A DNA stretch of 64,000 nucleotides from an uncultured Acidimicrobiia bacterium (GCA_963836205.1 CAWIIV010000015.1:224001-288000); one strand, 5' to 3'; numbered from the stretch's first letter, positions 34,853 through 49,594 are shown. Notes: a model not told the origin generated them from the sequence alone. Numbers and translations: made by a program.

Positions 34853-35701
34853 TCAGGTCCGGGCCGGCCAGGCCAACGAAAGTTCCAACGGGGGTAGCTC
34901 CACGTCGGCCAGGTTGCGGAGGATCAGGGTGGCGTCGGACCCGCCGTCGAGGCTCGAACGGATGGCCAACCGGCCTCCGCCCTCGACCATCGACATCACC
35001 CGCGAGGCGCCCGCCGGCACCCCCGAGGCCAGGGTCAGCTGCGGTCGCCCGCCCCGTCCCTGAGCCTCCAGGACGAAGGTCCCGGGGCCTGTTGGACTGA
35101 GCTCGAAGGCCATCCGACACGGCTCTCCGGGGCAGTCCCCGGGGGTCGCCGACGGCGCCAACGGGGGGGTCACGACCGTGATCCGGTCACCCTCCGGGAC
35201 GTACACGAGGGTCACCTCGGCGACCCCGACGACGCCCCCGATGGAGCCCTCGAGGGCCTGGACGAGGACCCCCGGAGACACGCCGGACACCGGGATGTCG
35301 ACCCCCCGGCCGTCGGTGGCGACCACGCAATCCCCCGCCCGAGGGGGCGTCGACACGCCGTCGACGGCGCAGATCCGGACCCCGTTGGAACCCCCAGACA
35401 ACCCCCTCGCCACCACCCGGATGGTCCCCCCGGACGCCCCCACCAGGACCCGCAACCCGGGCTCGGCGAGGCGCACGCCGACCACGGTGAAGGCCACCGA
35501 ACCCCGCGTCGGCACCGGCCGGGAGGAGCTTCCGGCGGTCGTCGAAGGCCCGGTCGTCGTGCTGTTGGACGGCTCTCCCCGCCGCCCTCCTCCCCCACCC
35601 CCGCAGGCCGCCAACGCCAGGGCCATGACGACCGGTGCCAGCCCTCCCGACACCCCCCACCGCCCACGCCCCGCCGGCGTGAAGACCCGTCCAAATCCCA
35701 T
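34853..35701 (-). CDS. Lipoprotein of unknown function, beta-rich with two Cys pairs
   Basis: GGAGG RBS + ATG 35701, lipobox LAAC, S/T linker. Confidence 0.75.
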   Translation of the reverse strand: MGFGRVFTPAGRGRWGVSGGLAPVVMALALAACGGGGGGRRGEPSNSTTTGPSTTAGSSSRPVPTRGSVAFTVVGVRLAEPGLRVLVGASGGTIRVVARGLSGGSNGVRICAVDGVSTPPRAGDCVVATDGRGVDIPVSGVSPGVLVQALEGSIGGVVGVAEVTLVYVPEGDRITVVTPPLAPSATPGDCPGEPCRMAFELSPTGPGTFVLEAQGRGGRPQLTLASGVPAGASRVMSMVEGGGRLAIRSSLDGGSDATLILRNLADVELPPLELSLAWPART

Positions 35702-35825
35702 CTTGAACCCCTCCATCAGCCCCTCCCAATCGTCGTTCATCGAGCGTCGCCGCCCCCGTCCGGGCCACGTGCGCACGACCGCTGACGCGACCTGAACCCG
35801 TCGATCGCCGGCCCAGGCTCCACCC

Positions 35826-35874
35826 TTCGTGGGCACAAAAAGGTGCGCCTGACGCACCTTTTCGTGCCCAAGAA
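35826..35874. repeat. Long palindrome (terminator or REP-like element)
   Basis: GGGCACAAAAAGGTGCG-CCTGA-CGCACCTTTTCGTGCCC. Confidence 0.7.
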
Positions 35875-36094
35875 CCCTGGGCCGGCGGACCCGCCACCGC
35901 CCCGCGGAAACGTCCCGTGCCGCACCATCAGGAGCCATCGAGGAGGGAGCGCCGGGCCCGACCGGCGCTGCGCGGGCGGAGTTCCATCGAGTGTCCCGCT
36001 CGCCGTTCGTGGCTCGGAAACGTGTCCATCAACGGCCGGCAGCAGCCCAGCAAGAAGGCGACGACGATCGCCCCGCCGGGAGGCGGCCAGGCGG

Positions 36095-36167
36095 TGGGCC
36101 CGGCTGGGATCGAACCAGCGACCGAGGGATTATGAGTCCCCTGCTCTGACCACTGAGCTACGGGCCC
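36095..36167 (-). tRNA. tRNA-Ile2 (CAT anticodon, lysidine type)
   Basis: GGGCCCGTAGCTCAGTGGTCAGAGCAGGGGACTCATAATCCC...GGTTCGATCC; body resembles Ile2 rather than Met. Confidence 0.9.
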
Positions 36168-36189
36168 TCTCGTGTGGCGGGCGCCAACG

Positions 36190-36262
36190 CTCCGGGGGTG
36201 GGACTCGAACCCACAACAAACGGCTTAACAGGCCGGCGCTCTGCCGATTGAGCTACCCCGGA
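36190..36262 (-). tRNA. tRNA-Asn (GTT)
   Basis: TCCGGGGTAGCTCAATCGGCAGAGCGCCGGCCTGTTAAGCCG...GGTTCGAGTCC. Confidence 0.95.
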
Positions 36263-36688
36263 ATGCCCTATCCAACGTGGCCCGTCCAACCTAGCAGTCA
36301 CCCCTTCCCCCACCCCACGCTCAAACGTGCGTCGGTAACAGGGCATCCCCGGAGCCGATGCGCGCGACGAACAAACCTCGCCTCGGGACCAGCCGCCCGC
36401 AGCCGCCCCCTCCCCCCGGTCCGGAAGACCGAGATGGACTCCTCGGCTCCGGCCCCGCCGACAACAGGCGCCGCCGGAGCCGATGGGCAGTCGGAACAAA
36501 CCTTCACGCGGCCCCGGCCGCCCGGCACCCGGCCCTTCCTCCAGGCCCTGATGCTCTAGGGGCAAGGGGGGTCCCCGGCGCCGGCGATGTTTGCCGGCGC
36601 CGCCGACAAGCAGGCGACGAAGGAGCCGATGCGCTTGTCGGAACAAGCAGTCAGCCCGCCGAAGGCGGTCCAAGCCTTTCGGGGGGCC

Positions 36689-36718
36689 GTTGGGGGGCGC
36701 ACCCTCAGCCCCCCCAAC
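36689..36718 (-). terminator. Hairpin immediately after the rpoD stop
   Basis: GTTGGGGGG...CCCCCCAAC; no clear U-tract. Confidence 0.5.
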
Positions 36719-36720
36719 TG

Positions 36721-37997
<1,277 letters not shown>

Positions 37998-38001
<4 letters not shown>

Positions 38002-39776
38002 GCCTCTTGCTCCTCGAACCGGTCGACAAGCCAGCGTACCAACCGCCCGGTGGCCTCGATCGCGGTGGCCTGGTCGTGAAGTTCCTCGACCGCGAGCTTG
38101 AGCCACCCGACGTCGTCGGAGAAGCCCATGGGGTCGGCCGACTGGCGGGCACTGGCGTCGAGATCGGCGATGGCCCGGCGGGCCGCCTCCTCCGCCAGGC
38201 GGGCCATCACGTCGTCGGGATCGGCCTCGTCGTCCTCCACCGCCAGGCGCTGGAGCAGGGCGGCGGCGCCCGGTTCAGCCCCCGCGATGGCCTCGTGGAG
38301 GGTGGTCGAACGGCACAGGGCCCGGTACCCGGCGAGGATGGTGGGGTCGGTGAAGAGCACCTCGTGGAGGCGGGACGCGACCCTTTCGGGATGGTGGACG
38401 GCGACCCGCAACGCCTCCCGCTCGGGACCTCCCCGCTCGGCCCGGGATCGCGGTGGGACCGCCGTCGACGGGCGCTCGCGAGCCCCGTCCGAGGTGGGGG
38501 GCGGCCGGCCCTCCAACAGGCGCCGGAGGCGGTCGGCGGGGATGCGGACCCGGTCGGCCACGTGCATCACGTACTCGTCCCGCACCAGGGGGTTGGGGTG
38601 CTCGCGGACCACCGCCATGGCCGCCTCCGCCGCCTTCACCCGCCCTTCGGCGGTGCGAACCTCGGCGCCGGCGAGGGCCCGCTCGAGGCGGAAGTTGAGG
38701 AAGGGACGGGCCTCGTCGACCGCCGTGCGCAGGGCCTCGGGGTCGGCCTGGGCCAGGTCGCCGGGGTCGGATCCGGTCGGCAGGGCAGCCACCGCGATGT
38801 CGACCTCGAACCGGCGCTCCCACTCGTAGAACTTGGCCGCCGCCCCCTGGCCGGCGGCGTCGGCGTCGTAGGCCAGCACCACCCGGCGGGCGAAGTTCTT
38901 GAGCGTCCGGAAGTGGTCCTCGGTGAGGGCGGTGCCGCACGTGGCCACGGCCCGGGCCCGGCCCACCGAGGCCAGCCCGATCACGTCGGTGTAGCCCTCG
39001 CAGACCACCACCTCCCCCGCCTCCACGATCTTGCCCTTGGCCCAGTTGAGGCCGTAGAGGGTGCGGCTCTTGGCGTAGAGGTGGGACTCGGGTGAGTTCT
39101 TGTACTTCGGGCCGTCGGCCCCCGGGAGGGCCCGTCCGCCGAAAGCGATGGCGTCGCCCCGCACGTCGAAGATGGGGAACAGGAGCCGGGCTCGGAACTC
39201 GTCCTGCTGGCGGCCGATCTTGTTGATCCGGCCCAGGCCGGCGTCGTGGAGGACGTCGGTGGGCACCCGCAACGCCTTGCTCAGGGCGTCCCAGTCGTCG
39301 GGCGCCCACCCCAGGCGGTAGGCCCGCACCACGTCGCCGTCGTAGCCCCGGCTGCGCAGGTACGACCGGGCCGGCGCCGCGTCGGGGGCGGTGAGGAGGC
39401 GCTGGTGGTACCACTCGACGGCCCGTTCCATCGCTTCCAACAGGGTCGCCCGCCGCTGGCGCTCCTGGGACACGGCGACGGTGTCGTAGCGGACCTGGAT
39501 GCCCGCCTTGGCCGCCAGCCGCTCCACCGCGTCGGCGAAGTCGAGGTGCTCGAGCTCCTGCACGAAGCGGATGGCGTCGCCACCGACCCCGCAACCGAAG
39601 CAGTAGTACAGCCCCTCCTCGGCGTTGACCGAGAACGACCCCGACTTCTCCGTATGGAACGGGCACAGCCCCACCCACCGCCGGCCCACCCGCTTGAGGG
39701 CGATGTACTCCGACGCGACCGCCACGAAGTCGGTGGCCGCCCGCACCCGGGCGATGTCTTCGGCGAGGATCCCCAT
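37998..39776 (-). CDS. dnaG: DNA primase
   Basis: CPFH...CFGC zinc finger, KYKNSPE, TOPRIM EGYTDV and YDADAAG. Confidence 0.97.
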
Positions 39777-39894
39777 CCCGCCTACCAGTCTCGCGGCTCC
39801 GGGCTCGGTGCGCGCCCGCTCGCTGGCGCCTGGTCCGGCGCCGCCTGGCCCCGGAGGGCGGGCCGCGCCCCGCCGGCCCGCCCGGCGTCCCTGG

Positions 39895-40944
39895 TCAGAG
39901 GATCTTGACGGGGATGGTGGCCAGGCGCGTCGTGGTGCCGTTGGCCATCAGGCGCACCTCGTAGTTGCCTCCGACCGTGCCCGAGGGCACCCGCAGCGTC
40001 AGGCTCCCCGAGCTGGCCCCGTTGGTGTACTTCCACACCTTGACCGCGGTGTTGGCACCGGCCGGGGCCAGCCCGACCCAATCGGTTGAGGTGGGGCCGG
40101 AGATGCCGCTCCAGCTGACGCTCACCATCTCGGCCCCTCGCGCCGCGCCGGGTGTGGCGGTGAGGGCCGTTCCGCCGGAGACCTGGACAGTGTTGGCCGG
40201 GTCGGTGCAGGAGGTGCCGTTGCCGGTGTTGTTGGCGTCGCCGCCGTAGCTGACCAGCCACTGGTGCGACCCGCCCGCGGTGGGCCGGTAGGGGTCGGAG
40301 GTGTAGGAGCCGCTCCCCGCCACCGGCCTGACCGACGTGAACACCGGCTCGCCGGAACAGACTTGGTTGCCGGCGCCGAAGAGGCGGAAGGTGATGGAGC
40401 CGGTAGGCCCGTTCGGCCCCCCGCCGTTGAGCACCGCAGTGTTCGTCACCGCTCCGGCGCCATCGACCGTCGATGCGTCGCCGGTGAGCGTCGGCATCCG
40501 CTTGCCGACGGTGACCGCGGCCCCGGAGTTGCTGCACAGGCTCATCGCCGGCTTGTTGTTGGCGTCCCCGCCGTACTGGGCGACCCAGCGGTAGGTGCCG
40601 GCGACGTCGATACGAAACGAGGCCGAGGTGTAGTTGGTGTTCCCCGTCACCGCCACGTTGGACGTGAAGATGGGCGCCTCGCCACAGACCGCGTCGTCGA
40701 GGTCGAAAAGGGAGAACGTGATGGTGCCGGTGGGGTTCACGCCAAAGCCCAAGGTGGCCGTGTCGTAGACGGCCACGCCGACGGGATACCCCGAGGGCGA
40801 GGCCTGGCTGGACAGCGCCGGGATCGCAGGAGCGGCGGATGCCCCGGCCTGGTAGCCCCCGACGGTGGCAACGACGAGGGCGATCAGCACGCCGACCCTC
40901 CGCCCCGTTGTTGCCAGCCAAGGTCGGGAAGTGGAACCGATCAC
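39895..40944 (-). CDS. Secreted protein with two Ig-like Cys-containing domains plus a C-terminal beta domain
   Basis: Signal peptide, PTGTITFSLF..C, WVAQYGGDANN repeats; paralog of 1-947. Confidence 0.8.
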   Translation of the reverse strand: MIGSTSRPWLATTGRRVGVLIALVVATVGGYQAGASAAPAIPALSSQASPSGYPVGVAVYDTATLGFGVNPTGTITFSLFDLDDAVCGEAPIFTSNVAVTGNTNYTSASFRIDVAGTYRWVAQYGGDANNKPAMSLCSNSGAAVTVGKRMPTLTGDASTVDGAGAVTNTAVLNGGGPNGPTGSITFRLFGAGNQVCSGEPVFTSVRPVAGSGSYTSDPYRPTAGGSHQWLVSYGGDANNTGNGTSCTDPANTVQVSGGTALTATPGAARGAEMVSVSWSGISGPTSTDWVGLAPAGANTAVKVWKYTNGASSGSLTLRVPSGTVGGNYEVRLMANGTTTRLATIPVKIL

Positions 40945-41111
40945 GAAGGCCTCCTCGTCGCTGGACGCGAACCGCAGTTTGGGCGCAGAGCATGACGCAA
41001 ATCACCCTCGTTTGCTGGCCAGACCCGCGCCGCCGGCCTCCTCGATGCGGACCGGCCGACGCAGCCTCTTCGCCCCACGCGCCCCGCCCCCACCCGGGCG
41101 GGGCCAAACCT

Positions 41112-42437
41112 TCAGCCCTTGGTCCCCCCGGTGAAGTTCCACGACGCCAGCCGCAGGCTGGGAACGTGGGCCCAGCCGCCCCACAGCTCGTAGAGGCGGG
41201 CGTCGTCGCCGAGGCCGAGCACGTTGCCGGGGCCCAGCGCCTCCACGTAGGACTGGGTGAAGCGGAGGTTGCGGACCGCACCCACGATCTTGCCCTTCTC
41301 CACCAGGAAGGTGCCGTTGCGGGTGAGGCCGGTGACCACCTGGGTCTTGGGGTCGAGGATGCGGGTGTACCAGAAGTCGGTGACCAGCAGGCCCCGCTCG
41401 ACGTCGGCGATCAGCTCCTCGGGCGACTGGTCGCCGCCGGCCAGGAACAGGTTGGTGGGCATGGGGCCGTTGACCTCCCCACCCGGCACCGCGTGGCCGC
41501 TGCTGCGGGTACCCGACCGCTTGGCCGTGCGCCGGTCGTGGACCAGGGCCCGGCACACGCCCTCCCGCACCAGCATCCGTTGGGCCTTGGGCGTGCCCTC
41601 GGCGTCGAAGGAGACGCCGATGGAGCGGGGGTCGTTGACGTCGTCCCAGATGTCGATCGACTCGTCCATCAGGGCCGCCTTGGGCTTCACCCACGACCGC
41701 CCCTCGGCGTAGGTCTTGGCGTTGAACCCCTCGCTCAGGAAGTCCATCATGTCGGCCACGCACGCGGGCTCCAGCACCACCTCGTAGCGGCCGGGCTCGA
41801 GGTCGATCGGGTTGGCCGCGGCCCGGGCCCGCTCGGCGGCCAGGCGGCCGGCGGCGGCGCCGTCGAGGTCGGCGATGGAGGGGGCGAACTGCCAGCCTCG
41901 GGCGTCGGAGGTCGACGTGCGGTGGATGGCGTCGACCGCGGCCATCGACGCCCGGCCTCCCGCCCGGTGCTGAGCGTTGTTGGCGAAATAGATGTCCCAG
42001 CCCTTGGTGGCGCAGTAGCCGGCGGCCCGCAGCTCCGCCCCCTCGTCGACGAAGTCCTTCACCACCTGGGCCCGGGTGTCGGGCTCGGACTTCTCCGTCT
42101 TGGCGTCGTAACGGTCGTCCTCCAGCGTGAGCCACGCGGTGGGCGGCGCCAGGCCGGGCCAGTCGGGGTCGACGGGCCGGAGGCGGGCCGCCTCGAGGGT
42201 CTCGTCGACCAACCGGACGAGGCTGTCGTGGTCGAGGCGGTTGGTGCTGCCGGTGGCCGCCCGCCCGTCGATCACCAGCTTGAGCCGGGCCCACCGCGTG
42301 TCCTCGGCCACGTTCTGGTGGATGAACGAGTTGGCGAACCGGGTGAGGGCCGAACGCCCCTCCCCCACCGTGATCTCGGCCTCGGCCCGGTCGTCGACGA
42401 TGATGAGGACCTCGAAGGCCTTGTCCCGCAGGTCCAC
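41112..42437 (-). CDS. tldE: TldE/PmbA family non-catalytic subunit
   Basis: LTRFANSFIHQNV, LEPGRYEVVLEP, FDAEGTP, TGLTRNG, NLRF; lacks HExxxH. Confidence 0.88.
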   Translation of the reverse strand: MDLRDKAFEVLIIVDDRAEAEITVGEGRSALTRFANSFIHQNVAEDTRWARLKLVIDGRAATGSTNRLDHDSLVRLVDETLEAARLRPVDPDWPGLAPPTAWLTLEDDRYDAKTEKSEPDTRAQVVKDFVDEGAELRAAGYCATKGWDIYFANNAQHRAGGRASMAAVDAIHRTSTSDARGWQFAPSIADLDGAAAGRLAAERARAAANPIDLEPGRYEVVLEPACVADMMDFLSEGFNAKTYAEGRSWVKPKAALMDESIDIWDDVNDPRSIGVSFDAEGTPKAQRMLVREGVCRALVHDRRTAKRSGTRSSGHAVPGGEVNGPMPTNLFLAGGDQSPEELIADVERGLLVTDFWYTRILDPKTQVVTGLTRNGTFLVEKGKIVGAVRNLRFTQSYVEALGPGNVLGLGDDARLYELWGGWAHVPSLRLASWNFTGGTKG

Positions 42438-42439
42438 GT

Positions 42440-43885
42440 CTAGCCCCGGACTCCGACGCGCACCGCTTTGAACCGGGCCGGCACCGACGGGTGGCCGGTG
42501 TGGCCCACCTGCTCGGGCTGGCCCTTGCCGCAGTTGGGCGTGCCCCAGAAGATCCACTCGCCGGGCTTTCCGCCGCCGAGCATGTCGAGCGAGCCCCAGA
42601 ACCGGGGGGTGATGCCGGTGTAGGTGGGGTTGCGCACCATCCGCCCGAGGGTGCCGTTCTTGATCTCCCGCCCCATCTCGCAGCCGAACTGGAAGTTGAG
42701 GCGCTTGTCGTCGATCGACCACGACCGGTTGGTCTCCATGTAGATGCCGTCGTCGGTGGCCGCGATCATGTCGTCGAGGGTGGACGTGCCCGGGGTGAGG
42801 CCCACGTTGGTCATCCGCACCATCGGGATGCGGCCGTAGCCGTCGGAGCGGACCATGCCGCCCGGGGGCAGGCCGGCGATGGCGGCGGAGTCCCTTCCGG
42901 AAAGGACGCCGACCCACAGGCCGTCCTTGACGATGTCGACCCGCTGGGCCGGCGTGCCCTCGTCGTCGTAGCCGAAGCTGCCCAGAGCGCCGGGGAGGGT
43001 GGCGTCGGCGGTGATGTTCATCAGCTCGGAGCCGTAGCGGAGGGTGCGGAGCTGGGCCAGGTCGAGGAACGAGGTGCCGGCGAAGGCGGCCTCCCACCCG
43101 AGGATGCGGTCGAGCTCGATGGCGTGGCCGACCGACTCGTGGATCTGGAGGGCGAGCTGCTCGCTGCCGAGGATGAGGTCGACCGTGCCCGGCTCGCACT
43201 CTGGGGCCTGGAGGAGCTCGACCGCCTCCTCGGCGATGCGGCGGGCGTTGCCGGGGAGGTCGGCCTCCCGGATGAGCTCGTAGCCCCGGGTGCCGAACTG
43301 GCCGCCGACGCCGCCGAACGACCGCCGTTGCGTCTCCCGCTCCCCCACCGCGGTGGCCGACATGGCCACGCCGCACTCCACCAGGTGCTGGGAGATGCGG
43401 TGGCCCTGGCTGGAGACGAACCACTTCTCGGTGTCCCAGGCGACCATGAACGCGTCGGCCACCGAGACGCCGGCCACGTTGGCCATCTCGTTGGTGACGT
43501 CGACCAGCAGGTCGCCCTTCTCGGCCAGGGAGACGCTCGCCGGGTGTTCGGTCCACGCCGAGTCCCAGTGGGCCTGGTGGACGTGGACGTCGGACAGCTC
43601 CAAGGGGGGCCCGGGCACCATCGCCGAGGCCCGGGCGATGGCCGCCGCCTGCTCGCCCGCGTTGCGAGCCTGGGCGTCGGACGGCTCGGGCACCGCGAAG
43701 AACCCCCACGACGAGCCCACGAGGGCCCGCACCCCCACGCCGGCCGACTGCGACCGGGCCACCTGCTCGAGGATCCCGTCGGTGGCCGAGAGGTGCTCGG
43801 TGCCGAGGATCATGCCCCGGGCGTCGGCGTACGTGGCCCCCGCGGCCAGGGCCCCCTCGACCGCGGCACTGGCGACGTCGAACAT
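42440..43885 (-). CDS. tldD: TldD family metalloprotease
   Basis: HESVGHAIELDR, YDDEG, RMTN, NCGKGQP. Confidence 0.92.
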   Translation of the reverse strand: MFDVASAAVEGALAAGATYADARGMILGTEHLSATDGILEQVARSQSAGVGVRALVGSSWGFFAVPEPSDAQARNAGEQAAAIARASAMVPGPPLELSDVHVHQAHWDSAWTEHPASVSLAEKGDLLVDVTNEMANVAGVSVADAFMVAWDTEKWFVSSQGHRISQHLVECGVAMSATAVGERETQRRSFGGVGGQFGTRGYELIREADLPGNARRIAEEAVELLQAPECEPGTVDLILGSEQLALQIHESVGHAIELDRILGWEAAFAGTSFLDLAQLRTLRYGSELMNITADATLPGALGSFGYDDEGTPAQRVDIVKDGLWVGVLSGRDSAAIAGLPPGGMVRSDGYGRIPMVRMTNVGLTPGTSTLDDMIAATDDGIYMETNRSWSIDDKRLNFQFGCEMGREIKNGTLGRMVRNPTYTGITPRFWGSLDMLGGGKPGEWIFWGTPNCGKGQPEQVGHTGHPSVPARFKAVRVGVRG

Positions 43886-43908
43886 GCCTCGGACCCTACC
43901 CGCCCCCG

Positions 43909-44092
43909 AACTGGTGACATTTCTGGTGGCCAGGACCACCAAAAGCGTCACCGGTTGGCGATGGCCACCGGCGCACTGCCCGATCCGGTGACATTTCTGG
44001 TGGCCAGGACCACCGAACGCGTCGCCGGTTGGCGATGGCCACCGGCGCACTGGTGACGATTGAGGGCGACAATCGCTCCTGCGTCACCCGTT
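43909..44092. repeat. Cluster of three 45-48 bp palindromic REP-like elements
   Basis: AACTGGTGAC-N28-GTCACCGGTT at 43909-43956; variants at 43983-44030 and 44048-44092. Confidence 0.8.
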
Positions 44093-44097
44093 GGGAC

Positions 44098-46740
<2,643 letters not shown>

Positions 46741-46813
46741 GGGATCCAGCCTAGTTGGGACGGTCCGACCGCTTTCGGGAGCCAGCGAGGGGCGCGCTGG
46801 TACCGTGGCCGGC

Positions 46814-47359
46814 GTGGCCGATGCGCGTGCCCGTGAGGCAATCGTCAACGAGCACATGCGGCTCGAGAACGGCCACGACTTCCCCGCCTGCATCGGCACC
46901 TTCCACCACGCCCGCTACGAGGTCCTCCCCAGCGCCGAGGTGTTCGACGGACCCGAGGCGGTCGGCGGCTTCCTCGAGCAGAACCGGTCGGCGTTCCCCG
47001 ACTTCGTCTTCACCCCGACGCGGGTGATGGGCGGCGCCGACGCCGTGTTGGTGGAGGGCCGGTTCGTCGGCACCCACCTGGGGACGTGGCGAGGCCTGTT
47101 CGCCACCGGCCGCACGGTCGACTTCCCCATGGCCCTCGTCTTCGAGTTCGACGACGACAAGATGGTGAACGAGCGGGTCTACTTCGACCTCAACTCGCCG
47201 CTGCAGCAGCTGGGCGTCGGCAACGATCCCAACGGGCTGCGGTTCAAGCTCACGCTCGCCCTCACCCACCCGTTCACCATCTTCAAGACGCTGCTGCGCA
47301 AGCTGTCGCCGTTCAAGCGGCGCCACCCGGCCGAGCCCGCCGAGTCGGCCGACTCCTAG
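46814..47359 (+). CDS. SnoaL-like/ester cyclase family protein
   Basis: [28 protein letters not shown]; TACCGT -10 seven nt upstream of GTG 46814. Confidence 0.85.
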   Translation: MADARAREAIVNEHMRLENGHDFPACIGTFHHARYEVLPSAEVFDGPEAVGGFLEQNRSAFPDFVFTPTRVMGGADAVLVEGRFVGTHLGTWRGLFATGRTVDFPMALVFEFDDDKMVNERVYFDLNSPLQQLGVGNDPNGLRFKLTLALTHPFTIFKTLLRKLSPFKRRHPAEPAESADS

Positions 47360-48655
47360 GCCGAGAGCCGCTCCCGGAGGTAGTCGACCAGGCGATCGAT
47401 CGGGCACCCGGTCCTGGACCAGGGTGTCGCGGTCGCGGACGGTGACGGCCTTGTCGTCGAGCGTCTCGAAGTCGATGGTGACGCAGTAGGGCGTGCCCGC
47501 CTCGTCCTGGCGGCGGTAGCGGCGGCCGATCGACTGGGTCTCGTCGTAGTCGCACATGAAGTGCCGCTTGAGGAGGTCGAAGACATCCTTGGCCGTGGGG
47601 GTGAGCGTGTCCTTCCGGGACAACGGGAGGACCGCGACCTTCACCGGCGCCAGCCGGTGGTGCAGCCGCAGGACGGTGCGGGCCTCGCCGCCCACCTCGT
47701 CCTCGTCGTAGGCGGCCAGGAGGAACGCCATCATCGAGCGGGCCACCCCCGCCGCGGGCTCGATCACGTGGGGGACGTAGCGCTCGCCCGATGCCTGGTC
47801 GAAGTACTCCAGCCGCTCGCCGGAGAACTTGGCGTGCTGGGTGAGGTCGTAGTCGGCGCGGTTGGCGATGCCCTCCAGCTCGCCCCAGCCCCACGGGTAG
47901 AGGAATTCCACGTCGGCGGTGCCGGCCGAGTAGTGGGAGAGCTCCTCGGTGTCGTGGTGGCGGAGGCGGATCGACTCGGCGGGGATTCCCAACTCGGTGT
48001 ACCAGCGCAAGCGCTCCTCGCACCAGTACTCGAACCACTTCTGCGCCTCGCCGGGCGGGACGAAGTACTCCATCTCCATCTGCTCGAACTCGCGGGTGCG
48101 GAAGATGAAGTTGCCGGGCGTGATCTCGTTGCGGAACGACTTGCCCTGCTGGGCGATGCCGAACGGCGGCCTCTTGCGGCTGGTCTGGAGCACGTTGGCG
48201 AAGTTGACGAAGATCCCCTGCGCCGTCTCCGGGCGGAGGTAGGCGACGGAGCCCTCGTTCTCCACGGGGCCGACGTGGGTCTTGAACATCAGGTTGAACG
48301 GACGGGCCTCGGTGAGGTCGTGCGACCCGCATTTGGGGCAGGTATCGCCGATCTGGTCGGCCCGCCACCGCTCCTTGCAGTTGCGACAGTCGACCAGGGG
48401 GTCGGTGAAGGTGGCCAGGTGCCCGCTGGCCTCCCACACCTTGGGAGACATCAGGATGGCGGCGTCGAGACCAACGATGTCGTCGCGCTCCTGCACCATC
48501 GCCCGCCACCACGCGTCCATCACGTTGCGCCGGAGGAGCACCCCGAGCGGGCCGTAGTCGTAGGTCGACCGGAACCCGCCATAGATCTCGCTCGACGGGA
48601 ACACGAATCCCCGGCGCTTGGCCAGGTTGACGACCTTCTCGGTCAGATCGGACAC
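47356..48655 (-). CDS. glyQS: Glycine-tRNA ligase (alpha2 type), apparent frameshift near 47403
   Basis: [43 protein letters not shown]; C-terminus [14 protein letters not shown] lies in another frame. Confidence 0.95.
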
Positions 48656-48679
48656 CCGGACGATCGTAGTGGCGCCACG

Positions 48680-49594
48680 TCATGCCGCGACCGCCGTTAC
48701 CCTCTGTCCCGCCCGCACCAGCTCCCGCCCGTCGGCGATGTCGTCCGGTGTCGCCCGGAGCAGCCGCCACCCCGCGGCCACGATCCGGTTCCCCCGCACC
48801 CGGTCGCTCCGGAACGGCCCCCGCCCTGCGTGCCACCGGAAGCTGTCGAGCTCGACGGCCACCTTCGCCCGTGGGTCGCCGAGATCGACCCGGGCCACGA
48901 ACTCCCCGTCGTCGAAGATCTGGTACTGGGAAACGAAGCCCGTGTACCCGGCGTCGACGAGCAGCCGGCCGATCCGCATCTCGGCCACGTTGGCCGGGAT
49001 CCCGTCCGGCTCCCACGCGTCGAGGATGGCCCGCAAGGACCTTGTGCCATGGCGCCGGCCGCACTCGTCGACCCTCCGGTGGAGGTGGTCGAGCGAGACC
49101 AGCCGCCGGCAGAGGACATCGTCGACGCCCTCCTCCAAGAGGTCGGGGCGCACGCGACCGGCCAGGTCGAGCAGCGTTCGGGCGGGCCGGGTGACGGGAA
49201 TGCGCTCGTGCACCGTGCGGTCGCCCCGAGGCAGATCGAGGCTGCGGTGGACCGTGGCGAGTGCGTTGCGGCCGCTTCGGTCCGGCGGAACCGTGATCTC
49301 GAGCGGCCCCGGCCGGAACCCGGCGAGACCCCAGAGAACGGCCGCCGACCGGTGAGAAGCCATCGCGCCCGGTCCGGACAGAAGGCAGGCGCCGAGTAGC
49401 CGCTGGTGCCAGGTAACGGGAGCGCCACTCACCCGGTAGAGCCCTCGGGCAACCTGGACCCACCGACCGTTGACCAACCGGGTGCGGATCATGGCAGGCG
49501 TGGCTCCGAGACCTGTGGCCTGGGCGTGCGTGATGAGGCTCCGCTGGCGCCCGGCCGACCGGGCGATGGCGGCGTCGAAGGTCGTCCCTCTCAT
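48680..49594 (-). CDS. AbiEi-like HTH / DUF559-type nuclease-fold protein
   Basis: N-terminal RQRSLIT...WVQVARGLY, ASHRSAAVLWGL, PVTRPARTLLDLA, C-terminal VDL...AVELDS..WH...DRVR..GW. Confidence 0.85.
   Translation of the reverse strand: MRGTTFDAAIARSAGRQRSLITHAQATGLGATPAMIRTRLVNGRWVQVARGLYRVSGAPVTWHQRLLGACLLSGPGAMASHRSAAVLWGLAGFRPGPLEITVPPDRSGRNALATVHRSLDLPRGDRTVHERIPVTRPARTLLDLAGRVRPDLLEEGVDDVLCRRLVSLDHLHRRVDECGRRHGTRSLRAILDAWEPDGIPANVAEMRIGRLLVDAGYTGFVSQYQIFDDGEFVARVDLGDPRAKVAVELDSFRWHAGRGPFRSDRVRGNRIVAAGWRLLRATPDDIADGRELVRAGQRVTAVAA

Noticed and set aside
35900-36167. tRNA-anchored genomic island carrying the giant-protein locus
   Set aside because: No integrase and no duplicated tRNA 3' end was found at the far boundary near 10200-10350.
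36298-36528. 76-aa ORF between rpoD and tRNA-Asn
   Set aside because: No recognisable motif; it overlaps repeated hairpins and is unsupported as a gene.
41112-43885. TldD/TldE as part of a RiPP cluster
   Set aside because: No precursor peptide, YcaO or other modification enzymes adjacent; housekeeping context.
43909-44092. Possible mini CRISPR array (also 60895-61044)
   Set aside because: Only 2-3 units, 'spacers' are similar to each other, whole units are palindromic, and no cas genes are present.
48680-49594. Complete type IV toxin-antitoxin (AbiE) system
   Set aside because: No AbiEii nucleotidyltransferase gene on either side.
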